In this document: piece after piece, positions 11,371-25,959 of the stretch
Layout: the number at the start of each line of letters is the position of its first letter
Position numbering within the stretch: position 1 is the stretch's first letter
Assembly: GCA_009103225.1 (NCBI GenBank)
Contig: RHPI01003169.1
Span: 124,001-188,000 of the forward strand
Source: Chlorokybus atmophyticus
Taxonomy: Eukaryota > Plantae > Mesostigma and Chlorokybus algae
Reading direction: 5' to 3'
Length of the DNA: 64,000 nt
Notes under the pieces: model-generated
Databases searched by the model: none
Seen by the model: only the letters and a program-made list of their open reading frames with translations
What the model was told of the DNA's origin: nothing
Position numbers and translations under genes: made by a program

Positions 11371-12574
11371 CTACCTGTCAAGTTGGGCTTCTGGCATGCA
11401 TTATACGCTGCGCATAACAAGAACAGGGGTAAATGGGCATGATTGTGGTTGCACACATGCACAACATCAGCGGTGTTTCAACGTGCGCATGCGTGGGTGG
11501 GTGTGCAATGAGTTATGCAAAAGTTCAACAAGATGTCGAATGAGCATGGGTATTCAATCAATTGTCCCCTACCATACCTACTCTATAGGGCTGATTGTAG
11601 AAGAGTGTTAACTTGACGAACTTTCTTTCTTTGCTAGCTTGGAGCTTAAAACAAAGGAACTTGTATCAATAAGACTTTCCAAGACATGACAAGCCTTGAA
11701 ATGCATAACGTTTTCATGTAATTATGTGATATGATTTGTTGTATAGTTCTACTTAACTTGATCTCCCCTCGAAAAGGTTTACGCCATATATATTATATAT
11801 TGTTCAAGATGATCAAGCTCTGTGCAAAGATCATTAGTTATTAGCATGTAGAAATAAGACATTTGTTGTAAAATAGAAAGATTAAATGAAAACTTGCATG
11901 TTAAAGTGATCATCTTGGAATGGCCTTTAAAAATTCACCTCTATCTCACAGATAGTATCTAGCTATAACTACCATGTGTCGGCTGAGGCGGTGCACATAG
12001 CAAAAGGCCTACATGCTATAGGCGCCTGCCATGCAGGTAGCACAACGTCATTACCTACGTATCGTGCTGCTGTGCCATCGTCGTCGTCGTCGTCATCGTG
12101 GTCATCTGTCTGTCGACGCCATTACTGCTACCGCTGCTTGCAGTGCATTGCATTATGCATCGAGCACACCATAATATGTATATTGTTGTTAGTTTTTGGG
12201 CCTTCTTAATGAGGCTTTTTGGGCCTTCTTAATGAGGCTTTCTTTCGATGTGCAAATGCTTCCGTATGGCTGCGATGTGTGGCACGATTTTTTAATGAAT
12301 GCTAGCCTGAGTACGTTGGGGTTTTAGCGTGTTGGCGTTAGTGATGTAGCTAGCAACTACACACTTAACACAAACGGGTTGTGTTGAGTTGCTACGTGTG
12401 TAGCACTATGACTTCCACATTAAGAGAGTCTTGCAAATATGCCTCATACCATGATTTATGTCTGTAAATGAATGTCGAAGGTATTAGCTGCGTACAACGC
12501 ATGCTACACAGTGTGTACGTACAAAAGTAGCACCTGTATTTCAGCCTCATCCTGGTTGTGCAAGCTTGCCGGCG

Positions 12575-12739
12575 TATGCAAGACCCATACACATTGTCTT
12601 GCATGCTTGTTACCTTCCTGGCATAGTCCATGTTCATGGTCATGCCACAGTCTTTGCCTATACATTTAAAGTAAAAGCTGGCAAGCTCGCTGGATGGCGA
12701 AGTAAACTCCCCACTGCATCGGCACAGCTACAATATGTC

Positions 12740-12745
<6 letters not shown>
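12575..12745 (+). repeat. 171-bp segment duplicated at 18747-18917, both copies followed by (GA)n
   Basis: Identical sequence TATGCAAGACCC...CTATATG at both sites. Confidence 0.9.
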
Positions 12746-13124
<379 letters not shown>

Positions 13125-13433
13125 GCAATTGTCTGACTACAGTACACTCAGACCGCAACTTACATAACTCAACTTAACCACACGGCTGTATGTTTCAGTT
13201 GAAGGGTTGCTCTATGCTGCAGATGACGTGCACATGTCAGTGAGAGCGTGTACATGTACTACTCTCAAAGTTCTCAAGACGCCACATCACAAACAGACTA
13301 GTCTGTCCATATATCGTGCTTTGGTTATCTTTTGTCACAGACGAATTGTGCAAGATGGAGTTCAAACTGGTAATACAACGGCAGCTGGTTTGAAATAGAT
13401 GTGCCGATGGACGGATGCATGCCGCTACTGTAC

Positions 13434-16400
13434 CTACATTGCTTCAACCCCTGCAAAAATGACAAACATTCATCTTGGTAAGAGGAAACGAGGAGGCGGA
13501 TGTCAAGGCAGATTGGATATATCACAAGCTCTATATTACAGTGGCTATGCGCGTCAGAGTTTGATTAATTACCATACAAAATTAAATAATAACCTAAAGC
13601 CGTGAATGAGGCTGCGAGGGTGTCTTACCCAGCTCCTTGGCATTGACGATGCTTGGACACGCGCGGGGCAGCTCCTTGCTCTCATCCAGGAACGGCGTCA
13701 CATCATTTGAGTTTGACCACACAGGCGCACCCACCAAACGCATCTGTTGCAATGAATGTGAGTTCAGCACTCAGCAACACAGCAACGGCCAAGCCCTCAA
13801 TTTACATTGACATCCAGCACCACATTAAACCATGGTGACTTACCCCCACGTTGAGGGCTGCTAGCAGTGACATGCCCTGCCTTGTCCACTATTGCAAGAG
13901 CAGGGATGCGATCAGTACGGCTCAGTGACGACACATGTGTATCATTTTTGTGATGATGAACTACTGACGTTTGTTGATGTACCTGTGATGCGGAGGCGAT
14001 GTGAGGCACGATCACGGCGTTATCGAGCTCAGCAAGGCCAGGCTTCATGTAGGGCTCATCCTATGCAAAGGCCGATGAGTACAGCCTGCTGGCTTCTATA
14101 TGTGACGTATAAACGCTATTCACATTGAGTGGCTGGACAGTGTACGCACAGTTCAAAAACCAGCCACACATATGCACAACAATTGTCGTAGGTCTACGTG
14201 TATTACAATGCTGTGCTCGTTGTGCCCGACGGACACAATCACATTGTACCTCAAAGACGTCCAGGCCGACTCGGAACTCGGGGTTGGCCTTCAAGTGCTC
14301 CACAAGGTCCGTCTCGTTGATGACAGGGCCGCGAGCAGCGTTGACCAACACGGCATTCTGTTCGTTACCACAATCAGATGCTAAACACTAAACTGCTGCT
14401 ACAAAATGTGCAACGAACTGACCTTCTTCATCATCGCAAGTGTGTTCTTGTTAATCATGTGGCGCGTGGAGTCGTTCAGCACCGGATGCAAGCTGACCAC
14501 GTCTGCTTCCCGCAAGACTTCCTCTGTCGATGACGCCTTCTTGAATGTGACGGGCTGCTCGCCCAGCTTTTGCAGCGTGGCACCGTACTCTGACCACATC
14601 ATACCAATGAGCCTTGTGCATGCATGCAATGCAGCAATGTAGAACTCCCCAATTCTGTGATTTTGTGATTTTGTACCTGTGACAAAGCTCTCCAACAGCT
14701 TGGCCTGGTGGAGGTCGTAGTAGATGAGGTTCATCTTGAAGCCACCAATCTGTTGCAAGAAAATGCATCAATTGGTTGTTGTCATGACGGGAGGTTTATA
14801 CATGGGCAGTGCATTCAATTCATTCATCATAAAGCCGACCATCATGCGGGCGTACGCGGAACCGATGCGGCCGGCGCCAATTATGCCCACGGTCTTGCCA
14901 TTGAGCAATGCGCCAACAAACCTGTCAACACCAATGTTTACACAATGTACAGACGCACATTTGCATACACCTTTAGCATACCGCACTACAAATTATCTTC
15001 CGACGGCGTCAATGATTGTACTAAAACTCAGGACCACCAGCTCAGTGCACCAGCAGGCTTGCAAAGACAAGACACTACTACTTACAGTGAGGGCAGCCAT
15101 CCCTCATATTTCCCTGCCCGCATGAACTTGTCCGCTTCCACCACGCGCCTCGCTGCCGCCAGCGTCAGTGCGGCGGCCAACTCCGCTGTGGTCTCGGTGA
15201 GCACACCCTGTGCACACAAGTACATAAACGAATGAACAAATGAATCGTTCAGATCAAGGACCATGTGCATGGATATGCATTAGCACATGCGAAATTGAGG
15301 AGGTTGCCCGCATGATTGCATCAATGAGTGAGCAACTGGATGTAGGGTTGGTTGAATGAAGCATAGGCACGCAAATCAACCAGCGCAATACTCAATGTGA
15401 TCTAGCACTGACTGCATGTACACTGACGCAGAGACTCCTTACAGGTGTGTTGCCGACGGAGATGCCATGCTTGGTTGCAGCCTCAACATCGACATTGTTG
15501 TATCCAACAGCCATGTTGCTGTAGGCGCGCCCGCCCGCGGCCTTCAGCTTGCCAAAGAGACGGTCTCCCCAGTTCTCTGTTAGCTGTGCACAGAGACGGA
15601 CCACATTACCAAGTTGGATTCGCTGTCGAACACACATAATGTGTGATTGATGTGTATGACATTCTGTTAGCTGTGCACAGAGACGGACCACATTACCAAG
15701 TCGGATTCGCTATCGAACACACATAATGTGTGATTGATGTGTATGACATTGGCACATACACACCTGGCCGATGACTCCATCGCACTTGTCGCCAATTAGC
15801 TGCTCAATATCGTCCTCGTCAAGGATGACCTTCTCCGCTGTGCAGATCTGACCAACAGCACACAGAAACAATCAATCCCACAAGTGCTTCACTACACTGA
15901 GATGTGTCATGCCACTGCATGCTGTGCTAAGCTACACACTATGCTATGCCTCACCATACTATATTACACCATCCTATGCTATGCTGTGCTGTGCCACACT
16001 GTAGTATGCCATGCCAACCTCTGCTCTACACTATGCTTGGTTATGCTGTGCTTCGCTGTGCCATGCTATGCCATTTCTTGCACAGGCGTAGCATGCTGGC
16101 ATGCAATGACCAACAAGCCGGCAAGCAGATGAACAGACACTGACGAACAGACACAGAACAACCAGAAGGACAGACAGAGGTGCCTCAACGCAACTCACCT
16201 CCACACGGCATCCGGCATCCGTCAACACATCCACCCACTTAGTACCTGCATTGCCAAGTGAGCAACCCAGCAACGCGACTCAGCTCGCCAACCAGCCAAC
16301 AGACAGGCTATCAACCATCAAACCGAACAAGCATACACACAAGCAACAGAGCTGAGCTGAGCTGAGCTGAGCTGAGGTGTTGCTGGGCGCCTCACCCGGC

Positions 16401-16471
16401 ATGTCTTTGGTGGAAACCACGCGGAGCTTGCCGTCGGGGTTGACGACGCGGACGGGGAGGTTCCTGGCCAT
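13434..16471 (-). CDS. HPR1: Plant-type hydroxypyruvate reductase / glycerate dehydrogenase, 13 exons
   Basis: Exons 16471-16396, 16245-16199, 15847-15764, 15583-15443, 15207-15086, 14921-14840, 14749-14677, 14589-14423, 14357-14250, 14060-13983, 13888-13844, 13743-13629, 13450-13434 (last tentative); all GT-AG and in phase; DKCDGVIGQLTE, SNMAVGYNNVD, GIIGAGRIGSAYARMM, RGPVI, GLDVFE, PHIASAS match plant HPR1. Confidence 0.95.
15576..15749. repeat. 87-bp tandem duplication spanning the HPR1 intron 3 acceptor
   Basis: Units 15576-15662 and 15663-15749 differ at 2 positions. Confidence 0.9.
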
Positions 16472-17060
16472 GGCGGCGGCGGCGGTGACGAAGGTGGCGT
16501 AATAGTGTGCTGCCTGTGCAGGTCTCCCTGGCTGAAAGTGGCGCTGAAGCTGAGGCTGGTAGCACAAAGATCCCTTACTGGCAGCTAAGCCGCGCGCAAT
16601 GCAGCGTCCAGACGGTCCAAGAAGGAGCGGAAGCAGCAGGCCATGCACCATGCACACGACGCCGCCAACGACCACGGCAACACTACCGTCCACACCCCTC
16701 ACTATGCCCTGTCTGTGTTGGTCCACTCTTATGCCTGGATTACGCCATAAGCTACGGTCTTGCCGATGACGCATCCACCGGCAATCTCTCGCCGCCGCAA
16801 ATGCAGCAACACTCCGTACGGCTCCGAGCGAGACGTATCACGTTACGACCAAAGCGTACAGGCACACGTAACTCGCGGTCATCTGCATCCACAAAGCGCA
16901 ACGCCTGTACGGAGATCGGGGCCTATGCGCAGAAAGCGCTGATATCAACATTGTGGCGTTGACATCCAATTGCAATTTCGGCGGCCCGTTGACATCAAGC
17001 TATGGCCACGTGGACGACGAAGTTGCCGGCATTGTGGGCGGCGGCGGCAGGATTGGCGGC

Positions 17061-18399
17061 ATGGCTGGAGCAGTGCAGTGTCTCGCTGGATTGTCTGCGG
17101 GTTGCAGTGGTAGGACGCCTCTGAGGAATAGGGGGAGGAGGGAGCCATGCGGCGCTGTGAGGATAGCTACCGCGCCACGTGGCGTCCGATGCGTGCTGGA
17201 CGACCCCTCTGCCGCCGCCGCCACCGCCGCCAAAGTGGTGTTCGAGCCTCAGCTTGACCCGAAATTAGCAATAGCTGCAGTCGGTAAGCTCAAAAAGAGG
17301 AAACGCATGCATGGCCAGTGGGGGATCGTTGCAATGAGTTGTTAAGTCCAGAACTGCTACTGTCGTACAGAGTGCCACAGTGACTAGAGTTGAAGTGGAG
17401 ATATTCAATCCACAAACGTGACGCCTGAGCTAGCATCTATCCTTCGCGCTATACATTGCGAGCTTTGCACGCACGCGCGCGAAGCTCTCAACATGTGTTG
17501 TGTGTATGCTTTACAAATAACACACACACACAATCTGCTTTTCAACTGCATACACACGCACATATAAGCATGCAAGCAAATGCGCACATGCAGGCAGACG
17601 CACGTACGCACGCACAGCGCACGTGTGCGCGCGCAGAGGACATTGTGGATTGCATTCTGCATGTGTCATATCTCGTGACCGATTTCTGTTTGTTGACAGC
17701 TGGCGCGACACCGTTTGTGGTGGCTGCGGTGCTCTTCTCCCAGCGCATAGTAAGTGTCAAAAGGCTACATTTGCAAAAAGCAATCATCGCTGTGCGTGAC
17801 TGTTGTCCCACATTGTTAACAGCATGCAACCCTCATATTGGGCCTGCCCTTTACAGAACACAGTGCGCTTTGCAGCATGTTGTTGCTTGCTGATCGTGTG
17901 CCCGGTTGAGTATCAAGTAGTGTTGTGTGTTAGTGTTGTATGTATAAGTGTGGGGATGGACACGCAGGCTGCGCAGCTGAACTGCCTGCTGTGCCGAGGC
18001 ACAGGACTTGTACTCAAAGGGAGGTTTTACCGCCGCTGCAACGCTTGTGGTGAGTAAAGGCACACTCACATCCACGTTCATGCATGCAGACATGCACATG
18101 CACACACACGAGCACGCACACGCGCGAGCGCGCAGGCACACCCCAAAGCATGTCCACATTGATGCGTGTGCATACTCAGTACCAGCACTTGCAGGGTCAG
18201 TCTTTGTACATTGGTCGTTGCACAGGATGTAGCGCTCAATTCCCCGTCTGGTCCTCATTGCACTCAAGTCAGTTAGTAATGTTGCATCCCGCTGTGGATA
18301 GCCTGACATACGGTGTCGCCGATTGACTGTTGTAACTCATGATTGCTTGCAGGCGGTTTCTTGCCATTCCAATCATGGCGAAGGTTTTTCACGGGCTGA
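17061..18399 (+). CDS. Small DnaJ-type zinc-finger (DNAJE-like) protein with putative plastid transit peptide, 133 aa
   Basis: Exons 17061-17283, 17700-17749, 17968-18049, 18353-18399 join in frame (402 nt); hydrophobic segment followed by CLLCRGTG...RCNACGGFLPFQSWRRFFTG; divergent from HPR1. Confidence 0.8.
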
Positions 18400-18746
18400 A
18401 GCAGTTACTATTGCTCCCTGCAGCGAATACTGCACAATGGTGTAACTGTAGTTAGTTGGATGACACTACGCTGGGCATCCGTTGTACATGGCATTGTTTA
18501 AGCTTAGTAGTACTTATTTTTATTATCCGCTTGCTAGATTACAAGTCATGTAGTGGTTGCGTCAAGAGCAGAGTTACTACATATGAACACTTCAAACCTG
18601 AAATCTCAATTGCAACAAAGGGCTTGCAAGGTTAAATGATTGGAATATTGCAAAAGCTTTTTCTTGGTACACAAGCTTACTGGTCGTTTGGCACTGTGCC
18701 ATGGCCCAGTTGACGTCTCGCACAGTTACACCATACGCAGCCCCCC

Positions 18747-18911
18747 TATGCAAGACCCATACACATTGTCTTGCATGCTTGTTACCTTCCTGGCATAGTC
18801 CATGTTCATGGTCATGCCACAGTCTTTGCCTATACATTTAAAGTAAAAGCTGGCAAGCTCGCTGGATGGCGAAGTAAACTCCCCACTGCATCGGCACAGC
18901 TACAATATGTC

Positions 18912-19002
<91 letters not shown>
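18747..19002 (+). repeat. Second copy of the 171-bp segment plus (GA)n running into an N gap
   Basis: 18747-18917 identical to 12575-12745; (GA)n 18918-19002; gap 19003-19173. Confidence 0.9.
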
Positions 19003-19354
19003 NNNNNNNNNNNNNNNNNNNNNNNNNNNNNNNNNNNNNNNNNNNNNNNNNNNNNNNNNNNNNNNNNNNNNNNNNNNNNNNNNNNNNNNNNNNNNNNNNN
19101 NNNNNNNNNNNNNNNNNNNNNNNNNNNNNNNNNNNNNNNNNNNNNNNNNNNNNNNNNNNNNNNNNNNNNNNNNGCCCCCCCCCCCCCGCACAGTACCACA
19201 TGCTGACACCCGTCATGACATGCATGTGGCAAGTACATCATTGCCAGTTTGTAGTATTGGTACACGGCAGTGTCAACGGGTACATTGACATATTGCCTCT
19301 ACGCAATGGCTGCACAAACGACATCCAGAAGCAGCCTACTTACACTGATCTAAG

Positions 19355-22300
19355 CTAAGCAGCGTGCACGGACTCTTGCTCTAACGACACGTGCGCTGGC
19401 AAGATCTGCTTTTGCAACGCAACAGCCGTTTCGAGGATTGCATCTAGCTCAGCTCGGAAGCGCGCGAGCTCGGCATTCTTCGCCTCCATTGTCAAAGCGT
19501 GCCGATGGCGCTCCAGCGAGCCTTCCATTTCCGCCACCCTCTTTGTCTCCTGCCACAACCACAAGTTGTGCATGCGTGCAAGTGTGCGTACATTCCTTTG
19601 CGCTGTATGTGGTTTGTTTGAAGCTCATTCGCGTACAATCAATGACTCTCATCCAGATGCCGTCATCCGGTTATGTTACGTGCACTGAGCTATATCCACA
19701 CCAGTGATTGTGCGTAAAGGCGTACCTCCAATATCCCTCGCCACTGCTCCTCCCTTGCCTGCTGCCTCGCGTCCATCTCAGAAATGCGCTTCTCCAGTGC
19801 TCGATACTGCGACAAGTGTGCAGATGATTGCCGTCAACGCGTACGTAAGCAACGTGAGCACAGTAGCGAGCTGACCACTTTGAGGGTTGCTGCTCTGCCA
19901 TACAAGCTGAAGAAAGCACAGCTTGTGTACGACAAAGTTACCTGTGCAGGCATGGGTCCATCCTTCAACTGCATGCGCAGGTCTTCCAACTCCGACTCTG
20001 CCTTCTCACAGCGCTGCCGCCAGGCCCTCAGCTCCTTGCGCAGCTGTTGCTGCTCTACCTGCGCACCGGAACCCTCTCCTTGGACCTCCTGCAGCTGCTG
20101 GAGCACCTGAATATTCCAAACTCCATCAAGCACTGCGGGGTGACCGCTGTGCTTCATCGAGTTTGGAATATTCATATACACGTGCATACATACATCGTGA
20201 TGGCGTCCGTTGCATGCCATACAAACAAAGACTGCTTTTGTTATTGAAGCATGACAGTGCGGGAGAATATGTTCAATCGCAGGCACGTCATGGCAAGCGC
20301 GATGTATGAGCAACGTGCAAGCAGGACATACCATACACACGAGGTAGCAAGCGTAAAGGACTGCCATACTGCTTGATTTCCGCAGCTATTGCCATGGACT
20401 GCTCACCTGCTCATATTCATGTTTCAGGCCAGCAGATCTCTCGACAGCCTCTTCATATGAACGTTGCAGCATTTCACGGCTGAGCTCGGACGCCTCAAGG
20501 CTTCGCTGCAGCCTCGCAACATCCTCGTCAAGCGGCTGCTGATGCCGTCCCGAGCTCGGCCGCGAGTCTGACTGATGTGAAGGCGACGACGCCCTATGGC
20601 TTGTTGCATTGTGGGCCATTGTGTGGTCAGCATGCGTGGACTCTGCCACTCGCTCATGCAATGCTTGCAACTCTGCCTGCAGAGCCTGCCATAGCCAACA
20701 GATCGTTGTAGCTGACAGTGTCTGGGTGCGTGCGTGCGTGCATGCATGACCATGGGAGCGTGCGTGCGTGCGTGTGTGTGTGTGTGTGCGCGACCACCAT
20801 ACCTTGTTGTCTGAAATGGCCTGAACTCAATTTTAAAACGGATGCAGCTAGGGTGACGTACATGTAGACCCAGCGTGCTGCGCATAGAGCACCAACCATA
20901 CCTCAATGGACGCGTCTTTGGCGGCAAGCATGTCCTCCAGGTGTTTCATTTTGTCCCGAGCGCGAGCAAGGGCTTGTTTGGTTGCACCGCCTTTCACACC
21001 GCCCTTGGTCACCTCTTGCTTGGGGTTCTCCTTCGTCGTACTTTGCGTTGCCTCCTTGAGCTTCTTACTATAGAATGTTCGAAGCTCTTCAATCTATACA
21101 CGCACAGAGGATTTGCATTGGCCATACACAAATTGCTTTGACATTTGGTACATTGCGATGCCATAGCTGTGCAAGCGTACGCAGGAGGGCCAAATGTGGT
21201 GATCATGCAGCTGCTGCCACAAGTGAATTACTTGTTACGGCGTTGAGGCTGGTGCAGAATGCGGTAGAATGCAAACCCACCTGTTTCTCAAGCTCTTGCA
21301 CCCTTCGTACAGTGGCCACAGGCTGATCAAGCTTGGACTGATGTTGTGATAAGCGCTTCTCGTACTGGCGCTTCATGCGTTCGTGTTCCTGCTGGAGGCC
21401 AAGTAGGCTCTGCACCCAATGTCATGTTGGGGACAACCAAAGAAAACCAATATAGCTTGCTGATGCAGAAGAACAACAATGCGTTGTTTACTGGGCTCAA
21501 CTCAACTTTGTTGCATCCCACTGTGAGTTGCAACACGCACCCTTGTGGCCTCTTCCTCTTGTAGGCGGTTGGCTGTTGTCAATGCAGCGAGCTGCTGTTG
21601 AAGGGTCTGTAGCTTATTATTCTCAATTGAGCCAGCTTGTTGCTCCTGCAGCGTGCGCACCTGCCAAACAGTGCTCATTAGTACTGCAGATTGTGGCTTG
21701 ACATAACGGACCCAGCTGCAAGGGTTTTACAACACCACAGAAAGTGAACCCGCAACGCTTGGCTTGCCTCACTCTGTGCATTACTACCTGCGCCTCCAAG
21801 TCATGAATGCGCCGGTTGGCTCTGGCTAGCTTGCTCGCGTACTGTATGCGGCCCTCTCCACCATTGGAAGCTATGAGCTGTTGCTCAAGTTCAATTGCAC
21901 GCTGCTCTGATGCTTGAAGCCGTTCCTGCAAGCATTTATTTAGGCCTAAAGCTGTATATACCCATTTATGCTGCGTGATGCATGCACGCAAGTGCTCAAC
22001 TGTGCAAACGTGCAGGACAAAGTCCTGACTAGAGTGCAGCAGACAAGGCTCACACTGTGGGGATGGTATGATGGCATGATACCAGTCACCATGCACATCA
22101 GCAATGTTGCGTGCGGTCTGCTGCTCACCTGCTGTTCTGCTGCATGCGACTGCATCTTGAGTGTCAGTTCTTCCACAATGCGGCTCAACTCCTTGTTTCT
22201 GGCGGTGAGGTGGGCAGTGGTTGTCGCGGATTCGGCTTCATGCTTAGCCTGGAGCAGCCAAATCATGTAAGACTCACCATGGCACAGCATGACACTGTCA

Positions 22301-25300
22301 TGGATGGAAATTGTGTCTACTTGTGGCAAAAGCTTTTACATCGTTGCAGAGCCCACACCATTTGTGCGTGCTGAGTCCACGTTTACACAACCACATGACG
22401 CTGGAACCACTTTAGTTGTGCGCATTACTTCAGGACCAAAAGTACCTTCTGCAGCTGCTCCCGCAGTTCATCTTCTCGCATGGCGGCCTCCTCCCTTGCA
22501 CTAGCTAACTCAGCCTGCATTGCATAGGACCATCACTAAACTGTAGCTGTTAGCATGTGACCATCAGCCATCGTCTGACCAACCTCTAAGGCCAGCACTC
22601 TATGAAACGAGGAAGCCTGGCTCTTGACACCTCCATGGGTGCGTTCGAGCTGAGATGCTAGCCTGGCGTTTTCTTGCGCAAGCATAGACTCCCTGCATGC
22701 AACAGACATGGGATCTATGTATTGGTCTGGCGCACGTAGGCATTACTGTGCCTTGCAGTGCACAGTACCTCTCTTTCAACTGCGCTTGCACTTCTTTCAG
22801 CTTCTCTGTCATGCGCTCGTTTTCGGTCTGGTACCCTGAGATCAGTAACTCCTGGTCCTGCATATCTCGTCGCAGAGCCGCCAACTCGTGTGCTTCAAGA
22901 ACAACCTACAACGCGTTGTGCATACATCAGCAACCAGTTTAACAAGTAAGCTGAAAGAATTGCACGAAGATAGTGTACCTTGTCTTTGCTCGCAAGAATG
23001 CGCTGGCGCGGGTCTGCGTGCTCCAGTTCCTGAAGGCGCAGCGCCAGTGCGTTCTTTTCTTTCTGCAGCTCGCGCACCCGAGCCTCGTAGCTCTCGCGTA
23101 TGCGTTTTTCATTGAGTTCCACGGCTCGCTTCTGCTCGAGGAGCTTCCGTGTCAAGTCCTTGCGCAGAGCTGATTCTTCTGCCAGCTTCGCCTTGAGCTC
23201 CTCCGCCATGGATTGCCAATCTGTCACCCTTGGCAGCGCGCCACGATTGTCCTTCTTGTGATCTGCCGCTGTCATTGCACTGACCTGCATGTTGCATGAG
23301 AATGTTACCAGGCATGTTTCAACAAAGATTGACCATGCGCCGATTGTTAGTGGCCATAACTACATGCTGTTGCAGTAAAAACCTCGTACCGCTCACCTGC
23401 TCCTGCAGTTGCGCAAATTGCTGACTGAGCTGTAGCGTGGAAGAACTGGCAAGAGGAGTGCTCGCTGCGGTGCCTCTGGAACTGGGAGATATGAAATCTG
23501 ACCGTGTGTTTTGTCTGCTAGGCGCTCGCTTTGGCAATGCCTTCGACTGTGGGTGTGCATGTGGTGTTTTACTGCTGGTGCGCTCAGTTGCAGCACCATG
23601 CCGCGCTTCGGCTTGTGAATACTGTTGCGCGTGTGCCTGCAAGTCTGCGAGTGTTTGACCTTGCAGTTCGCTGGGCTCTGATTTATTTTGCTGCGGGCTT
23701 GGCAATGGAAGTGATATCCTGACGGCGTTGTCACGCTCTCCATGTCTGGCAGCATTCACTTGTAGGCCATGAGACTCTGCATGTTGGTCAGATAGCCCTT
23801 GCAAGGCTGCGTGCATTGTCAATGGTGCGGCCGGTGCTGCTGATGATGAGAGTGTGATTGACGCACGGCTGACAGCGGCCTGTTCAACTACAGTTGGGGC
23901 AGCACCTGAGGCACATGCAGGCGGTAAACCAGGGCAAGGTCGACATATGTTGGCACAGCCATACGCAGATACTTTACCTGTTGCAGGTGTTGTGACAACT
24001 GTGGCAGCCACAGCTTCGGTGACCAGAGCCTCCGCCCTGTCAGCAACAACATTTGATCGCAAACACTCACATGCATGCACACTTGATGCTTTTGCCACCA
24101 CCAATAGACAACTATCGTCCAGTCAACTGACCACTTGTGACTTAGATACATACTGGCAGCGACCAGTCTGCTGCAGCAATGCTGCTGTAGCCATGCACGG
24201 GATGCAAAGCACAGCGTTGCAGACCTGTTGTCGTCACGCGCTGGCAATGTGTCCAAGCTGCTTGCTGTGCTGTGTCTGTATTGCGCTTGCGCAGCATCTG
24301 GAGCATCCTTCCTGAGACAGAATTGATGTGTGAGTGCATATCCACCGAGACACAGTCGTAAGCTGTAATCAGCAAAAGACACGGAAACGCAGCATACCGT
24401 TCGAGTCTGGCAAAGAACTCGCGCTTGGAAGCCTCTTCTGCCTCAGAATCCGTGCCCAGGTCAACTGAGCTCAGCAACGTGGACACGGCTGGAAGCGTCT
24501 TCAACAGGGCAGCTGGTCCTAAAGGCATTGCAACATTAACTGGTCAGTCCATCAAGCCAGCACCAAGTCAGTCAGCATTTTGGTCTACCTGCAGCCAGTG
24601 GTTGGCCAAAATCTAAGGAGCGCTGCACCGTGTTGGGGCCTGGCAGTGCAGACGCTGCACAATCACTCAGACATATCAGTACTAAGTCCGCAGTCACGGG
24701 AGCATCAACCTTATGCATGGCCGTGGCCGCCAGTATTAGTTGTTACAGCAATCCTGTCAGTTGCACATCCATGGTCAACCTAGAGGCTTTGTTGTAGCAT
24801 CTGCTTTGGATTCAGCGTTGACAAGTGACCTCCGCTGACTGTGCCGCATGTCTGGTGTCAATGTCAGCTCAGGAGAACGCAATCCACCCAACAACTGCGC
24901 GCACAGCTAACCTTTCAGCAACAACAGCAGTGCGAACCTGACAACAAGTCACAAGCAACTCGTGTACTACCGTCAGTTGGTAAAGTGAGATCCAACAATA
25001 ACGATGTAGTGCTGTCACAAGTGCATGCTGGCGGATGAACAACCCGATGCTGCGCATTGAGCTGCTAACCTGAGTACCCATGCTGCCTGTTGCTTCTCTT
25101 GAGGGAACGTCTGTTGGGGAAGATTCAAAAGAAGAGTAGTTCTCGTCTCCAGAAGTGACATCATCCACAACAAGCTGTGAAATGGCCTGAGGCCGATGCG
25201 AAGCAGCGGAGGTGGAGACTGCGTTCTCCTTTACAGCAGTTGTTGCCGTGCTTGTAGATGGCAAGGGCAGTCTTTGCTTGTTCAACATTGGCACCTCTCC

Positions 25301-25959
25301 TGGCGATTGCGCATCACTGTCCCACAGCGATCTGGAAGAATTCACCTCCGTGCTCACAGCTGAAGCCTTGAAAAAGGATGATGCGCCATGCCGCTGTGCT
25401 GATTGCCTGACGGGAGGCGTATGCTTCCGCAGCCGCGAGCTGCATTGCAAAGTCAACACTGAACTTGAGTCCATGCATGCTTTGCTGTTTGGAATATTGG
25501 TGTCCAAGCTAGTTGTGTTCCGAGCGTTGTGCTGACCACTTGGATGGCATCAAGTGCTGCGTGCATATGCTGAACTGAATATATGTCCGCTGCGTGCAAC
25601 GAAGCAATGAGACCCTAGTTGCAGCGCTGCAATGCAGCAATGCTGAACGAGCAAGCAGCACTGTGAAGTAAGGCAGCCTACAGTTTGGAAGCTAAGTGAC
25701 AAGAATGCTAACCAACAGACGCCTCCCATGCAGCAGCGGCAACCAAGCTTCACGCTACGTCTTTGCTGTACCTGTACGTATTGTCCGGATCGTCTTCATC
25801 GTCGTCATCAGAGACAGGTGCAGCCATGAAAGCCTCAAAGCTGGGGTGCACATGCTGCCCTGGAGAGCGCTCCCTGCCGCCTGCGCTGTAAACCTGCCGC
25901 CGAGGCCGAGGAACGTTCGCAGCGGCCACCGACCCGGCCCTCAAGCTCTGCGCTAACAT
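19355..25959 (-). CDS. CEP162: CEP162 (QN1)-like centriolar coiled-coil protein, multi-exon; 5' end approximate
   Basis: Coiled-coil exons including QELLISGYQTENERM and C-terminal KNAELARFRAELDAIL, resembling two conserved CEP162 motifs recalled from memory; exon structure not fully resolved. Confidence 0.7.

Noticed and set aside
16280-16774. N-terminal extension of HPR1 from the upstream open frame
   Set aside because: Includes probable 5' UTR intron sequence; homology to plant HPR1 starts at ATG 16471.
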